Below, in pieces: positions 33,339-43,471 of a stretch of 64,000 bases of DNA. Each line of letters opens with the position of its first letter. Positions within the stretch are counted from its first letter, which is position 1. A program made the translations under genes and the position numbers. The DNA comes from an uncultured Actinomycetales bacterium (GTDB taxonomy: Bacteria > Actinomycetota > Actinomycetes > S36-B12): positions 14,243-78,242 of the forward strand of contig CAJXYI010000003.1 in NCBI GenBank assembly GCA_913063435.1. Direction: 5' to 3'. The notes beneath the pieces are model-generated. The model was given only the letters and a program-made list of their open reading frames with translations, was not told the DNA's origin and searched no databases.

Positions 33339-34409
33339 ATGTCACCGGCGTCACACGTGCCCGAAGCTGCGAGCGCGGCGGGAGATGATGTGGTGCTCGA
33401 TCCGCCCGCCGAGGCCGGGAGCCGCCTGGGCTTGACCGTGGCCGCCGTAGCGCGCCGACTGGGAGTCGCACCAGCCACCCTGCGCACCTGGGATCGCCGC
33501 TACGGCCTCGGGCCGACAGCGCACGCCGCCGGCGCGCACCGTCGCTATGACAGCGGTGACATCGCCCGGCTTGAGCACATGCGTCGACTCGTCCTGGCCG
33601 GTGTCGCACCGGCAGATGCCGCACGTGCGGCTCGCGAACTCGACGTTGCGACCCTGGGCTCACCGATCGATGCGTCGATGGCTGCTGCGCCTGATGCCTC
33701 GGCGGGGGATGACGCAGCTCTGGCACAGATGGCACCACCGGATTCACCGGTTCCCGGATCGTCGTCGCGTCACGGAGGCGGCCACGTCGTCGCAATCCCC
33801 GGCGGAACGCCCGCGGCTCGAGGACTCGCACGTGCAGCGGTGAGCCTGGATTCGGGTGCGTGCGAGTCGATCATCGCCGACACCCTCACCCGTCGAGGCG
33901 TGGTGTGGACGTGGGATCACCTGCTTGTGCCCGTGCTTATCGGAGTCGGGCAACGATGGGAGCAGACCGGAACCGGCATCGAAGTGGAGCACGTGCTGTC
34001 TGAGGCGGTCCAGGGAGTATTGAATGCCCAGGTTCAGGGACCGTTCACTCCGGTGAACACCCGCCCCGTCCTGCTGGCAGGCTCCGATGGCGAAGCGCAC
34101 ACCCTGCCGCTGTGGGCGATCGCCGCGGGTCTGTCTGAACGACGCATCTCCGTGCGGATGCTCGGTGCCCGCACTCCCGCAACGGCTTTGGGCGCGGCGG
34201 TCAAGCGCACTGGACCGGCAGCAGTCGTGCTGTGGTCGCAGACACCCGAGACGGGAAGCCTGGACAACCTCGACGAACTCCCGGATTTGCGACCGGAGCC
34301 CGCGGTGATCCTGGCCGGACCCGGTTGGCAACCCGGTGCGGCCTCGGTGCGCAGGGTCAACGACCTCACCGGTGCCATCCAGGAGGTTGCGCGCGCTGTC
34401 GGCGCATGA
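33339..34409 (+). CDS. MerR-family regulator with C-terminal cobalamin-binding-like domain (CarH/LitR-like)
   Basis: N-terminal MerR HTH (LTVAAVARRLGVAPATLRTWDRRYGL). W207-x9-E217-H218 motif (33957-33992). E-A-H254-T-L-P at the position of the ExHxxG lower-ligand motif. Confidence 0.75.
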   Translation: MSPASHVPEAASAAGDDVVLDPPAEAGSRLGLTVAAVARRLGVAPATLRTWDRRYGLGPTAHAAGAHRRYDSGDIARLEHMRRLVLAGVAPADAARAARELDVATLGSPIDASMAAAPDASAGDDAALAQMAPPDSPVPGSSSRHGGGHVVAIPGGTPAARGLARAAVSLDSGACESIIADTLTRRGVVWTWDHLLVPVLIGVGQRWEQTGTGIEVEHVLSEAVQGVLNAQVQGPFTPVNTRPVLLAGSDGEAHTLPLWAIAAGLSERRISVRMLGARTPATALGAAVKRTGPAAVVLWSQTPETGSLDNLDELPDLRPEPAVILAGPGWQPGAASVRRVNDLTGAIQEVARAVGA

Positions 34410-35416
34410 TGGACACTCGACCGACCGGGACCGAAACGGCGTCGCATGCGCTCGATGCGTGGAGGCAGGCGGTCGATCTTGGAGCGCGCGGCCGCTACAT
34501 CTGCGCGTGGCGGCGGCTGGAGTGCATCGATGAGCGCGATGCGATGGCATCGCAGGCCCATTCGACGTGGGGTAGCCACTACCGGCAGATCGGGGCGCTG
34601 GACCTCGCACGCCGTCATGACGAGAGAGCTGTCGAACTCGCCGAGGATGATCTGGCAGCCGGTGATGCGTGGATCGGTCTCGCTGCGGATGCAATCGCGG
34701 AGGGCGCGGCCGCACACGCCGCTGAGCACCTGTGTCGCGTCGCTGAGGTGCTTGCGCGGCTCGATGATCTCGGTTGTGTCGGGGACTCGGGTGACTCAGG
34801 TGATGCAGGGAATGCGCAGACCGTCGACGTTGATTCGAACGAGTCATGGATCGACAGCGTGCAGCGACCGTGGCGGATCCGGGTGAGAGCAGCGTGGGTG
34901 ACCAGCGAATTGGCACTGCTGAACGATGATGCGAATTCGGCGGTCGATCATGCGCGTATCGCGATGGAACTCAGTGCGACGCGCAGCACCCGCCACCGAC
35001 TGAAGTCCGAGGCCGTTCTGGCGGCGAGCCTCCTCGCATCGGGTAGGGCCGACGAGGCGGCCCGGATCTGCGATCGCCTCGGTCTCGAGGTCGCACGGCT
35101 CGGATGGGTGTCGCTGATATGGCCGGTTGCCCTCATCGCCGTGGCCGCTGGACAGGCTGCTCCCAAGCTCGGGGTATCGACCGATCTGGTTCGCCAGGGA
35201 GCCTGGGCGACCAGGCTCATCGAGGCGCATCTGCCCTCTGGTCGATCCGGTTCTCACCTGGGAGACCTCGGTCGAACCACAGACCTGGCAGCCCACTGGG
35301 GGGAACGTCGCGATATCGCTCAGCTGCGGGCGTTGTCCGGTCGCTCACGTCAGGCTCCGCGAAGGAATCCGTCGGCGAATCGATGCGACGCTCCCACCGG
35401 GGCGCTCGACGGGTAG
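34406..35416 (+). CDS. hypothetical helical protein
   Basis: ATG 34406 overlaps the MerR stop (ATGA); 336 aa, Ala/Leu/Arg-rich; no motif recognised. The track ORF start 34232 overlaps the MerR gene. Confidence 0.6.
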   Translation: MMDTRPTGTETASHALDAWRQAVDLGARGRYICAWRRLECIDERDAMASQAHSTWGSHYRQIGALDLARRHDERAVELAEDDLAAGDAWIGLAADAIAEGAAAHAAEHLCRVAEVLARLDDLGCVGDSGDSGDAGNAQTVDVDSNESWIDSVQRPWRIRVRAAWVTSELALLNDDANSAVDHARIAMELSATRSTRHRLKSEAVLAASLLASGRADEAARICDRLGLEVARLGWVSLIWPVALIAVAAGQAAPKLGVSTDLVRQGAWATRLIEAHLPSGRSGSHLGDLGRTTDLAAHWGERRDIAQLRALSGRSRQAPRRNPSANRCDAPTGALDG

Positions 35417-36940
<1,524 letters not shown>

Positions 36941-36953
36941 GAGCAGATCCCAC

Positions 36954-38072
36954 GTGACGAGCATCGAGATCGGTCGAGGCAAACGCGGCCGGACCGCCTA
37001 CAGCTTCGACGACATCGCCGTAGCGCCGAGTCGACGAACCCGCAATCCCGACGAGGTGTCAACCGAGTGGCGCATCGATGCCTATCGGTTCGCCACACCC
37101 GTTCTTGCGGCACCCATGGATTCAGTGGTGTCGCCGGCCAGTGCTGCTGAACTATCCCGCAACGGTGTGCTCGCAGTGTTGAACCTCGAGGGGCTGTGGA
37201 CTCGCTATGCCGATCCGCAACCGCTCCTCGATGCGATCCGGGATGTGCCGGAGGCCGAGGCCATCGCACAGTTGCAAAAGATCTATGCGCAGGCTCCGGT
37301 CGACCCGGATCTGATCACCGAACGTGTCGCCGAACTGCGCAACGGAGGCGGCACCGTCGCTGTCGCGGTGTCACCCCAGCATGCTGCCGCTCTCGCACCG
37401 ACCGCGGTTGCTGCCGGTGTCGAGCTGCTCGTGATCCGCGGCACCACGGTGTCGGCCGAACACGTCTCCGGCGATGGCGAGCCGCTGAACCTGAAGACAT
37501 TCATCTACGACCTCGATGTTCCCGTCATCGTGGGTGGCTGCTCGACCTATCAGGCGGCGCTGCATTTGATGCGCACCGGTGCAGCGGGTGTGCTCGTGGG
37601 CTTCGGCGGGGGTGCGGCGCACACCACCTCGGATGTGCTGGGTATCCGAGTACCGATGGCCACGGCCGTCGCCGAGGTGGCCGAGGCTCGTCGGGACTAC
37701 CTCGACGAATCGCAGGGCCGATACGTGCATGTCATCGCTGACGGATCGGTGGGCTCCAGCGGCGACCTGGTCAAGGCGCTCGCGTGTGGTGCGGATGCGG
37801 CGATGATCGGCTCGGTGTTCGCGAGAGCCACTGATTCGCCCGGATGTGGAGTGCACTGGGGGGCCGAGGCCTGGCATCCGACCCTGCCGCGCGGGGAGCG
37901 CAAGGTGCTCGGCACGGTGGGCACGCTCGCAGAGATCCTGCACGGGCCCTCGCACACCGCGGACGGTTCGGCGAACATCGTGGGTGCCTTGCGCAAGGCG
38001 ATGGCGACGACCGGCTACAGCGACCTGAAGGAATTCCAGCGCATCGAGGTCATCACCGCCCCCGTCGAATGA
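36954..38072 (+). CDS. GuaB3-type IMP dehydrogenase-related protein (no CBS domains)
   Basis: 372 aa, GTG start; IMPDH-like barrel; directly after guaB as Rv3410c/Rv3411c are in M. tuberculosis. Confidence 0.88.
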   Translation: MTSIEIGRGKRGRTAYSFDDIAVAPSRRTRNPDEVSTEWRIDAYRFATPVLAAPMDSVVSPASAAELSRNGVLAVLNLEGLWTRYADPQPLLDAIRDVPEAEAIAQLQKIYAQAPVDPDLITERVAELRNGGGTVAVAVSPQHAAALAPTAVAAGVELLVIRGTTVSAEHVSGDGEPLNLKTFIYDLDVPVIVGGCSTYQAALHLMRTGAAGVLVGFGGGAAHTTSDVLGIRVPMATAVAEVAEARRDYLDESQGRYVHVIADGSVGSSGDLVKALACGADAAMIGSVFARATDSPGCGVHWGAEAWHPTLPRGERKVLGTVGTLAEILHGPSHTADGSANIVGALRKAMATTGYSDLKEFQRIEVITAPVE

Positions 38073-38149
38073 CCCCACTGCCAAGACGACCCGAACTTGC
38101 GCTTTCGCCCCCGGGCGAGGGCAAGTTAGGGTCGTCTTGGCAGTGGGGT
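38072..38149. repeat. Long intergenic hairpin (28-bp arms, one mismatch)
   Basis: CCCCACTGCCAAGACGACCCGAACTTGC (38073-38100) pairs with GCAAGTTAGGGTCGTCTTGGCAGTGGGG (38121-38148). It starts in the guaB3-like stop codon. Confidence 0.85.
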
Positions 38150-38251
38150 ACTCCGGGGTAGGTTAGGGCCGTGGGGAATAACGGGACCACGGAGAGCGAC
38201 GCCCGTTGCGCAGGTGACCGAGCTGTTGGTGACATCTCCACGGGAGATCGA

Positions 38252-39949
38252 ATGAGCGATGCCCACATCGGCGACGATCGGCTCGGCCCGGTGCAGCGGG
38301 AGCGGGCCATAGCCACCTTGAAGGCGACGACGCCCGAGCAGCCTCTTGACATCGTGGTCATCGGCGGCGGCGTCGTCGGGTGCGGTGCCGCACTGGATGC
38401 GGCCGCTCGGGGCTTGAGCGTCGGGCTGGTCGAGATGAACGATCTCGCCGCCGGCACGTCATCGCGATCCTCGCGGTTGGCCCATGGCGGTCTGCGCTAC
38501 CTGGAGCAGCGGGAATTCGCCCTCGTCCACGAGGCGCTCACCGAACGTGGCCTGCTGCTCGATCGGCTCGCCCCGCACCTGGTGCGCCCCGTGCCGTTCC
38601 TGTTCCCCGTCGAAAAGACGTGGCAGCGCCCATATGTCGCATCGGGAATCCACCTCTACGACATGCTCAGTCGCGTCGGCGCCTATGGCGGCAGCATGCC
38701 GCGACCGAAGAGTCTCAGCCGCGAGCAGGCCAAAGCCCTTGCCCCCGATCTCGACACCGGTGAGATCGCCGGTGCCGTGCGTTTCCACGATGCGCAGATC
38801 GACGACGCGCGGCACACGGTTGCGGTCGCCCGAACGGCGGCGGCGCGAGGTGCCCTGATCGCCACGCGCACGAAGGTGACGTCTGTGCTGCGAGATGGAG
38901 ACGACATCGTCGGTGTGCGGGTGCATGACGCGCTCACCGATCGCGACTACGACATCTACGCCCGAGTGGTGATCGGAGCGGCCGGGGTGTGGACCGATGA
39001 CCTCGTCCATCTCGCCGATGCGCAGGCCCCTGGTCGAGTTCGCCAAAGCAAGGGCGTGCACCTGGTCGTGCCGGCCGAAGCGATCCGCTCGACCACGGCG
39101 ATGATCGCTCGCACTCCGGTCAGCGTGCTGTTCCTGCTGCCGTGGGGCAAATTCTGGTTGGTCGGCACAACGGACACTCCGTGGAGTTCCGACGACGGTG
39201 CCATGGACGATCCGCAGGCGAGCGAAGCGGATATCGACTACCTGCTCGAGCAGGCGAATCGCTGGCTGGCACGTCCACTCACCCGCGCCGATGTCGTCGC
39301 GACGTATTCGGGGTTGCGTCCCCTGCTGGCGGAGGATCCCGATGCCTCGGGCGGGGATGAGACGACCACCCTGTCTCGGGAGCACGCGATCATCCGGCCT
39401 GCGCCGGGGCTCGTCGTGATCGCCGGCGGAAAATACACGACCTATCGGGTCATGGCCGCCGATGTCGTCGATGCTGCCGTCGCGCAACTGGATTCCTCGA
39501 CCCGGGAGGAACCGATCCCCGAATCATCCACCGCCGATATTCCGCTCGTGGGCGCCGATGGCTATGCGGCCATGTGGGCCGAACGTGGTGGGCTGGCTCG
39601 AGAGGCTGGCTTGTCGACCGAGGCGATGGAGACGTTGCTGCGTCGGCACGGCGACCGGGTGACCGAGGTCTTCGAGGTGATGCGGAACGATCCGCGCCTG
39701 GCTGAGCCACTGATCGAGGGTGCTCCGTATCTGAAGGCTGAGGTCGTCGTCGCGGCGACCCATCAGGGAGCCTGCGATCTCGATGATGTCCTCACCCGTC
39801 GGCTGCGGGTGGCCCTCGAGGTTCCCGATCACGGTGAAGCGGCGGCGAGGGCTGCAGCACCACTGGTCGCGGAGGTGCTCGGATGGTCTCCGCAGGAGAC
39901 GAGCGAGCAGGTGCAGCGGTACTGCGCGCACGTTGACATGCCGGGGTAG
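38252..39949 (+). CDS. glpD: FAD-dependent glycerol-3-phosphate dehydrogenase
   Basis: ATG 38252 is preceded by GGGAGA; dinucleotide fold VVIGGGVVGCGAALDAAARG. An alternative GTG lies at 38171. Confidence 0.88.
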   Translation: MSDAHIGDDRLGPVQRERAIATLKATTPEQPLDIVVIGGGVVGCGAALDAAARGLSVGLVEMNDLAAGTSSRSSRLAHGGLRYLEQREFALVHEALTERGLLLDRLAPHLVRPVPFLFPVEKTWQRPYVASGIHLYDMLSRVGAYGGSMPRPKSLSREQAKALAPDLDTGEIAGAVRFHDAQIDDARHTVAVARTAAARGALIATRTKVTSVLRDGDDIVGVRVHDALTDRDYDIYARVVIGAAGVWTDDLVHLADAQAPGRVRQSKGVHLVVPAEAIRSTTAMIARTPVSVLFLLPWGKFWLVGTTDTPWSSDDGAMDDPQASEADIDYLLEQANRWLARPLTRADVVATYSGLRPLLAEDPDASGGDETTTLSREHAIIRPAPGLVVIAGGKYTTYRVMAADVVDAAVAQLDSSTREEPIPESSTADIPLVGADGYAAMWAERGGLAREAGLSTEAMETLLRRHGDRVTEVFEVMRNDPRLAEPLIEGAPYLKAEVVVAATHQGACDLDDVLTRRLRVALEVPDHGEAAARAAAPLVAEVLGWSPQETSEQVQRYCAHVDMPG

Positions 39950-39959
39950 GTTCGAAGCC

Positions 39960-41558
39960 ATGGTCCTCGTCGATGCTCCCGGTTCCAGCCATGACGACGC
40001 CGACCTGCTCCGACATCACCGGACAGTGAACGCATTGGTGCGACGTATTCAGGCGGGTACACATGCTGCCACGATCGATGTGCGGGGGCCTTTCACCGGC
40101 GAAGCGTTCGCGGCCTTGCCGATCTCGAAACCTGCGGATGTGCACGCGGCGGCCGTCAGGGCACGATCTGCTCAAGTGGCGTGGGCCGCTCGCCCGATCA
40201 GCGAACGGATCGGTGTTCTGCTGAGATTCCATGACCTGCTCCTCGATCGTCGTCACGAGGTACTCGATCTCATCCAGCTCGAGACCGGCAAGGCACGCCG
40301 TGATGCGAATGAGGAGGTGCTCGATGTCGCATTGAACATCCAGCACTACGCGCGCATCGCCCCGCGTGAGCTGCGTCCGCGACGACCGCGCGGCGCACTC
40401 CCGGTGCTCACCCGCGTGCGTCAGTGGCGCCACCCGGTCGGTGTCGTCGGAGTGATCGCACCGTGGAACTATCCGCTGACTCTCGCCGCGAGCGATGCGG
40501 TGCCGGGTCTCATCGCCGGGAATGCCGTCATCGTCAAGCCCGATGTGCAGACGTCATTAACAGCAGCCTGGGTCGCCTCTCTCATGGCCGAGGCAGGCCT
40601 GCCCGATGGGCTGTTCCAGGTCGTGACCGGCGATGGTCCGGTGATCGGACCGGCTGTCATCGATGCGGTCGACCACGTGATCTTCACCGGCTCGACGGCG
40701 ACGGGTCGCATCGTCGCCGAGCAGTGCGCGCGCCGCCTGATCGGGTGCACCCTCGAGCTCGGCGGCAAGAACGCCATGATCGTGCGCTCCGACGTCGAAC
40801 CGGCGAAGGCAGCGGCGATCGCCACGCGCGCGATGTTCGCCAACACCGGCCAGTTATGCATCTCGATGGAACGCATCTATGTCCACGCGGCTGTTTTCGA
40901 TGTCTTCGTCGCTGAACTCGTCGACCGCGTGCGGGCGTTGCGTATCGGAACGACTCCCGGCTGGGGTGCGGATATCGGTCCGTTGATCAACGACAGTCAC
41001 CTGGGCCGGGTGCAAGCGCACGTCGACGACGCGGTCGCGCGAGGAGCACAGGTACTCACCGGTGGGCGGGCGCGACCAGACATCGGGCCGCTGGCGTTCG
41101 AGCCGACCCTGCTCGCCGGGGTGACCGAGGAGATGACGCTGTGCCGAGAGGAGACCTTCGGTCCTGTCGCCGCCGTGTATCGGGTGATGGATGACGATGA
41201 AGCGGTGTGGCGGGCGAATGATTCCGACTACGGGCTGAATGCCTCGATCCTCAGCGCCGACGTGCGACAGGCGCGCCGGCTCGCCGTCCGCCTGAATGCC
41301 GGATCGGTCAACATCAATGAGGGATATGCCGCGACCTGGGGATCGGTCGCAGCCCCCATCGGGGGGCGACGGGATTCGGGGCTGGGCTATCGCCACGGCG
41401 CCGAGGGGCTGCTAGCCACGACCGAATCCCAGGTCATCGCCTCCCAGCACCTCATGGGATTCGACCCGCCCTTCGGCCTCGATGACGCCCGATGGGGACG
41501 AATCCTGAGCACGGCCGTGGGACTCATGCGACCCTGGAGGCCAACCGGTCGCGCGTGA
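39960..41558 (+). CDS. NAD(P)-dependent aldehyde dehydrogenase (succinate-semialdehyde DH-like)
   Basis: ATG 39960 gives 532 aa; ELGGKNA and catalytic-Cys motif FANTGQLCIS. Confidence 0.88.
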   Translation: MVLVDAPGSSHDDADLLRHHRTVNALVRRIQAGTHAATIDVRGPFTGEAFAALPISKPADVHAAAVRARSAQVAWAARPISERIGVLLRFHDLLLDRRHEVLDLIQLETGKARRDANEEVLDVALNIQHYARIAPRELRPRRPRGALPVLTRVRQWRHPVGVVGVIAPWNYPLTLAASDAVPGLIAGNAVIVKPDVQTSLTAAWVASLMAEAGLPDGLFQVVTGDGPVIGPAVIDAVDHVIFTGSTATGRIVAEQCARRLIGCTLELGGKNAMIVRSDVEPAKAAAIATRAMFANTGQLCISMERIYVHAAVFDVFVAELVDRVRALRIGTTPGWGADIGPLINDSHLGRVQAHVDDAVARGAQVLTGGRARPDIGPLAFEPTLLAGVTEEMTLCREETFGPVAAVYRVMDDDEAVWRANDSDYGLNASILSADVRQARRLAVRLNAGSVNINEGYAATWGSVAAPIGGRRDSGLGYRHGAEGLLATTESQVIASQHLMGFDPPFGLDDARWGRILSTAVGLMRPWRPTGRA

Positions 41559-41577
41559 GCGCCGAGGACGAGGAAGG

Positions 41578-43281
41578 ATGGCGGGCATGGCGGGGTACGA
41601 CTACGACGTGATCATCATCGGTTCGGGTTTCGGCGGATCGGTGTCAGCCCTGCGCCTGGTCGAGAAGGGCTACCGCGTCGGCGTCATGGAAGCAGGCCGT
41701 CGTTTCGACGAGTCGAACTATCCGAAGACCTCGTGGCGGCTGCGATCGTTCCTGTGGGCTCCGATGCTCGGCTGCACCGGTTTGCAGCGCATCCATGTCC
41801 TCAAGGACGTCGTGGTGCTCGCGGGTGCGGGAGTCGGTGGCGGATCGCTGGTGTACGCCAACACCCTCTACGTGCCACCGAAGCGGTTCTTCGACGATCC
41901 GCAGTGGGCAGGCATCACCGACTGGGCGAGCGAACTCGCTCCCTATTACGACCAGGCGTCGCGCATGCTGGGTGTCGCCGATAATCCGACGATGACACCG
42001 TCGGATGCGGTGATGAAGGCGGTCGCGGATGACATGGGAGTGGGGCACACGTTCCGGATGACCCCGGTAGGCGTGTATTTCGGCGAGGGTCCCGGTGTCG
42101 AAGCCGATGATCCGTTCTTCGGCGGTGTCGGGCCGCGGCGAACCGGATGCATCGAGTGCGGCGAGTGCATGACCGGTTGCCGGCATAACGCGAAGAACAC
42201 GCTGCCGAAGAACTACCTCGGTCTCGCTGAGGACGCCGGCGCGGTCGTTCACGCGCTCACCACGGTGATCGGTGTCAGCGAACGACCTGAGGGTGGCTAC
42301 ACCGTCGAGACCAAGCACACCGGGGCCTGGGGCAAGCGCACCCGCACGTTCTCGGCGGAGCATGTGATCTTTGCGGCGGGCACGTACAACACCCAGAAGT
42401 TGTTGCACCGGATGCGTGATGAGGGCAAGCTGCCGCGGCTGTCGCGGACGCTGGGCCGCCTATCGCGGACGAACTCCGAGTCGATCCTGGGTGCGGTAGC
42501 CAAATCTGCGGATGCGGATTACACCCGCGGTGTCGCGATCACCTCGAGTTTCTTCCCGGATGAGAACACCCATGTCGAGCCGGTGCGATACGGCAAGGGT
42601 TCCAATTCGATGGGTCTCTTGCAGTCGGTGCTTACCCGTCCCGAACCCGGGGTTCCGCGGTGGCGCACCTGGACCAAGGAGTTGTGGAAGCAGCGGGGGA
42701 ATGCGGCCTATCTGCTCAATGTGCGCAAGTGGAGCGAGCGCAGCGTGATCTCGCTGGTCATGCAGCCGGTCGATAACTCCCTAACCCTGACGGGTGCTCG
42801 CGGGCTGCTTGGGCGCTGGAAGTTGACGACGAACAAGGACGAGTCGAAGCCGGCACCGACCTACATTCCGGCGGCAGCCGAGGTGGTCGAGCGGGTTGCG
42901 GAGAAGGTCGACGGGGTAGCCGGCAGCAATGCCTTCGACAACTTCGATGCGGTGCTCACGGCGCACTTCGTGGGCGGCTGCGTGATCGGCGCCGATGCGG
43001 ACTCCGGGGTCGTCGACGCCTATCACCGGGTGTTCGGCTACGACGGTCTGCACATCGTGGATGGTTCGGCGATCACGGCGAACCTCGGGGTGAACCCCTC
43101 GTTGACGATCACCGCGCAGGCCGAACGCGCGATGGCGATGTGGCCGAACAAGGGTGAGGCAGATGAGCGACCGGAGGTGGGCCAGCCCTATCGCCAGGTG
43201 GCCGCGGTGACGCCGAAGAACCCGGTGGTGCCCGACCATGCACCCGCCGCCTTGCGCCTGCCCATCGTCGAAGTCCGCTAG
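41578..43281 (+). CDS. GMC-family FAD oxidoreductase (ChoD-like)
   Basis: 567 aa; YDVIIIGSGFGGSVSALRL; downstream of the guaB paralogs as choD (Rv3409c) is in M. tuberculosis. Confidence 0.85.
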   Translation: MAGMAGYDYDVIIIGSGFGGSVSALRLVEKGYRVGVMEAGRRFDESNYPKTSWRLRSFLWAPMLGCTGLQRIHVLKDVVVLAGAGVGGGSLVYANTLYVPPKRFFDDPQWAGITDWASELAPYYDQASRMLGVADNPTMTPSDAVMKAVADDMGVGHTFRMTPVGVYFGEGPGVEADDPFFGGVGPRRTGCIECGECMTGCRHNAKNTLPKNYLGLAEDAGAVVHALTTVIGVSERPEGGYTVETKHTGAWGKRTRTFSAEHVIFAAGTYNTQKLLHRMRDEGKLPRLSRTLGRLSRTNSESILGAVAKSADADYTRGVAITSSFFPDENTHVEPVRYGKGSNSMGLLQSVLTRPEPGVPRWRTWTKELWKQRGNAAYLLNVRKWSERSVISLVMQPVDNSLTLTGARGLLGRWKLTTNKDESKPAPTYIPAAAEVVERVAEKVDGVAGSNAFDNFDAVLTAHFVGGCVIGADADSGVVDAYHRVFGYDGLHIVDGSAITANLGVNPSLTITAQAERAMAMWPNKGEADERPEVGQPYRQVAAVTPKNPVVPDHAPAALRLPIVEVR

Positions 43282-43448
43282 ACCCGACCGGTATTCCCGG
43301 TCAGGCGGGGGCGCGAGACGGCCATCGACCGATGCTACGGCGGCGGATCCTCCGGCCACCGATCGCGAACCTCCTCCGGGCGCGACCCCTGGGTTCGGGG
43401 CTGGTCACGACCCAGTTGAGCCCCGACTCAGCGACCAAGGGGAGCAAA

Positions 43449-43466
43449 GTGTTTCCGCGGAAACAC
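43449..43466. terminator. Perfect 18-nt palindrome just past the beta-helix gene stop
   Basis: GTGTTTCCGCGGAAACAC, 5 nt beyond the minus-strand stop codon, between convergent genes. Confidence 0.5.
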
Positions 43467-43471
43467 CGTCC

